This document shows, piece after piece, positions 62,001 to 64,000 of a stretch of 64,000 nt of DNA. This DNA comes from Tubulanus polymorphus (taxonomy: Eukaryota > Animalia > Nemertea), in NCBI RefSeq assembly GCF_964204645.1, contig NC_134031.1:14557807-14621806 (forward strand), written 5' to 3'. Position 1 is the first letter of the stretch, and each line of letters opens with the position of its first letter. A program made the translations under genes and the position numbers. Below the pieces are notes generated by a model, which worked only from the letters and a program-made list of their open reading frames with translations, ran no database searches and was not told the origin of the DNA.

Positions 62001-63739
62001 TCGGTCAGCTCGGCTCGTCGAGGTTGGAAATGAAACCCGACGTATTTCAATAAATCTACCGCACCGTGGCCGTTCTCAATTTCAGCAGACGTCGATTCCA
62101 CTTCTCCATTCAAATCTTCTTTAAACAGACGTTTCAAGGCATTATCCAACTGTAAAAATTCAAATCTCAACCATTCAACAGAAATTTGAAAAGAAAGTTG
62201 ATGAACAATCTTTCAGTTTCAGAGCCCCTTTTTTATGGAATCATTTACCAAAAAATGTCAGGGATAGTCCTACAGTTCCTGTTTTTAAAATCAGTTTGTA
62301 AAAACTTTTATGTTTCCTAATGCTTTTAATTCTTAGAATGTGAATATCTGCATTTTGATTTATACTACATATAATAATCTTTGGGTTAAATAATTGTTTT
62401 ACGGTACATAAAATGCAGTGAGTAAATAGCGCTTTATAAAAGCATATTCATTATCGTAACTATTATCGTCATCATTAAACGCATAGTCTAACTGACAAAA
62501 TTCAAATTTCAAATTAAAACTGCCTCCCGATTACAGAAACTATTATTGTAGACTTACCAGTTGAATGAGCCGAGTTATAACAGTTGGTTGATCTTTATGA
62601 TGAGTGAGTAGAGTTGAAATGAGTTGTTGTAGTTTGTTCATGTTCTCCTCAGCATCAGCAACTTATATACAAAATAAAATAAATTCGAATAGATACATAG
62701 TAAGTGTTAAAGCACAGAACAGAACACATAATCCAGAAACAGTTATCAATTATATATTTGACTTAATTTCACCTTGGATTAATCAGTCTGATAACTACAA
62801 GATTTGACTGACATTTTGTGGAGTCCAGGACCCAGTTCAACAGAAAACAGTATAATTTGACTCTAAAAATGAGTTAATTTTCAATGTTTTATTCCAGTCA
62901 AATCTTCATCAATAACAATAGAACTGGATCTAGATCTTGTCTGTACGGAAAGTTCTTAACGGTCAAAGCTCAGAATAGAAAATGTCGGGAACTTTTTTGA
63001 CATAATGTTTTGGAGGAACTTGATCCTATATTCACTGTCATTATCTCCTTACAGGTTCCCTACAGATCGGTCAATCCTGGATATAAGGAGTTTTAAAGGA
63101 GAAAATTTCAAGGAATCGTCTGCATCACTTTCATATCCCAATTATGGTAAACTCCTCCTAAATTGGTCTTGTAAGAAAATTTTATCCTTAACACTACCTA
63201 AACACGGTTTTTAAATCAGAAACTGCCTAAATAGGTCAAGAAAATATCTAATTCCCTATTTCTCAAAATTGAAGTTTTTATGGGAGATTTTTCGCAAATC
63301 AAAGTAGTTGCAAGCACCATTAAAAGCATTTTCCATTTGAAATGAGTTTTAAATGAATCGAGGAGTCGTAGCGACCCTGCCTTATAACCTTGTTTTTGAT
63401 CGGTCGCGTTTAATGTACCTTGTTTTCGATCGGTTGGGTTCAACGGGTCCCGTTTGAGTTCGAACTCCGCGACCTTCACCTCGATCTGGTCAAGCGTCTG
63501 GTCGAGCATCGAATGACGTAAAACCGTCACATCGACGAAAACGTCTCGACCGATCAGAATCGCTGCAGCCCAGTTATGAATCGACGCGAATCGATCGTCG
63601 CGACTCAGTTCCGTTACCGCCGAATTTACGGCCGCTGTTACCAGGCAACCGTGTTCCATAGCTCGATAGAAATGGTAGTAAAACTTGTCTAAAGCGTCGA
63701 CGCTGAGCGGCCACAGAAAATACAACACGCACTGAGCAC
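59072..63739 (-). CDS. TTC28-like CHAT-domain protein, 3' part (gene continues past right edge)
   Basis: Exon 63419(or 63389)-63739 encodes GAQCVLYFLWPL....KFYYHFY....HNWAAAILIG, matching the C-terminal end of a CHAT domain as in TTC28. Further phase-consistent exons: 62558-62661, 61924-62149, 61736-61821, 60955-61112, 60756-60867, 59943-60011, 59762-59838, 59604-59682, 59072-59338 (stop). Orthology to TTC28 is not established. Confidence 0.82.
59412..59594. repeat. G-rich tandem repeat
   Basis: Repeated ggctgtggggaggg units with a ~94-bp higher-order duplication in the last intron of the CHAT gene. Confidence 0.88.
61236..61700. repeat. 20-bp minisatellite derived from a MITE terminal sequence
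   Basis: (cagaactgtggaactggata/ggtc)n, about 23 copies. Confidence 0.9.
62190..62478 (+). mobile_element. 3' end of a CR1/L2-clade LINE (remnant)
   Basis: Translates to QSFSFRAPFLWNHLPKNVRDSPTVPVFKISL*K, the C-terminal LWNxLP..FK..LK motif of CR1/L2 ORF2, followed by gcgctttataaa and a short-repeat tail. Confidence 0.7.
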
Positions 63740-64000
63740 CTGTTCAACACAAACAAAAATACAGTATTTTAGAAATAATAGAAATTGTTTTTCTGGTATG
63801 GAAAACAACTAGTGAGATGAGCGCAAAATGAAAACTATCAGGCAGGACCCGATTGCAAACAGTCTACAAAGTTTGCCTCTTCAGTTCAAATCAGTTTTTA
63901 ATCATTGATTTGAATTTCATCTGTGAAAACTGTGAAATCTGGCGCTGTATTTTCTAGCTATTTGGACCCAGTTCCGTTTAAGAGGTTAACTTAACCAACA

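Overview
Intron-rich, AT-rich animal genomic DNA, probably a marine invertebrate (inference; the taxon cannot be fixed from sequence alone). Four protein-coding genes were reconstructed by eye with GT-AG introns and consistent phases. (1) The 5' part of hemicentin (HMCN1; minus strand, 34 coding exons from 42939 down to 810: signal peptide, VWA domain, 23 Ig domains), running off the left edge. (2) Complete TRMT112 (minus, 4 exons). (3) Complete CFAP157 (plus, 8 coding exons), head-to-head with TRMT112. (4) The 3' part of a CHAT-domain TTC28-like gene (minus), running off the right edge. Introns are crowded with MITEs (piggyBac-, Tc1/mariner/pogo-, Harbinger- and hAT-like, often nested), minisatellites, tRNA-derived heads and LINE tails. 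The most notable unannotated signal is a set of minimal type-I hammerhead ribozyme motifs (stem I - CUGANGA - stem II - GAAA - palindromic stem III - NUH - stem I'). They fall in at least four sequence families, arranged as 120-160 bp tandem monomers or inverted pairs, which is the architecture of Penelope-like pseudo-LTRs and retrozymes. Also present are a 250-bp-arm near-perfect intronic palindrome and duplicated splice sites in three genes. Coordinates were read manually and may be off by a few bases.
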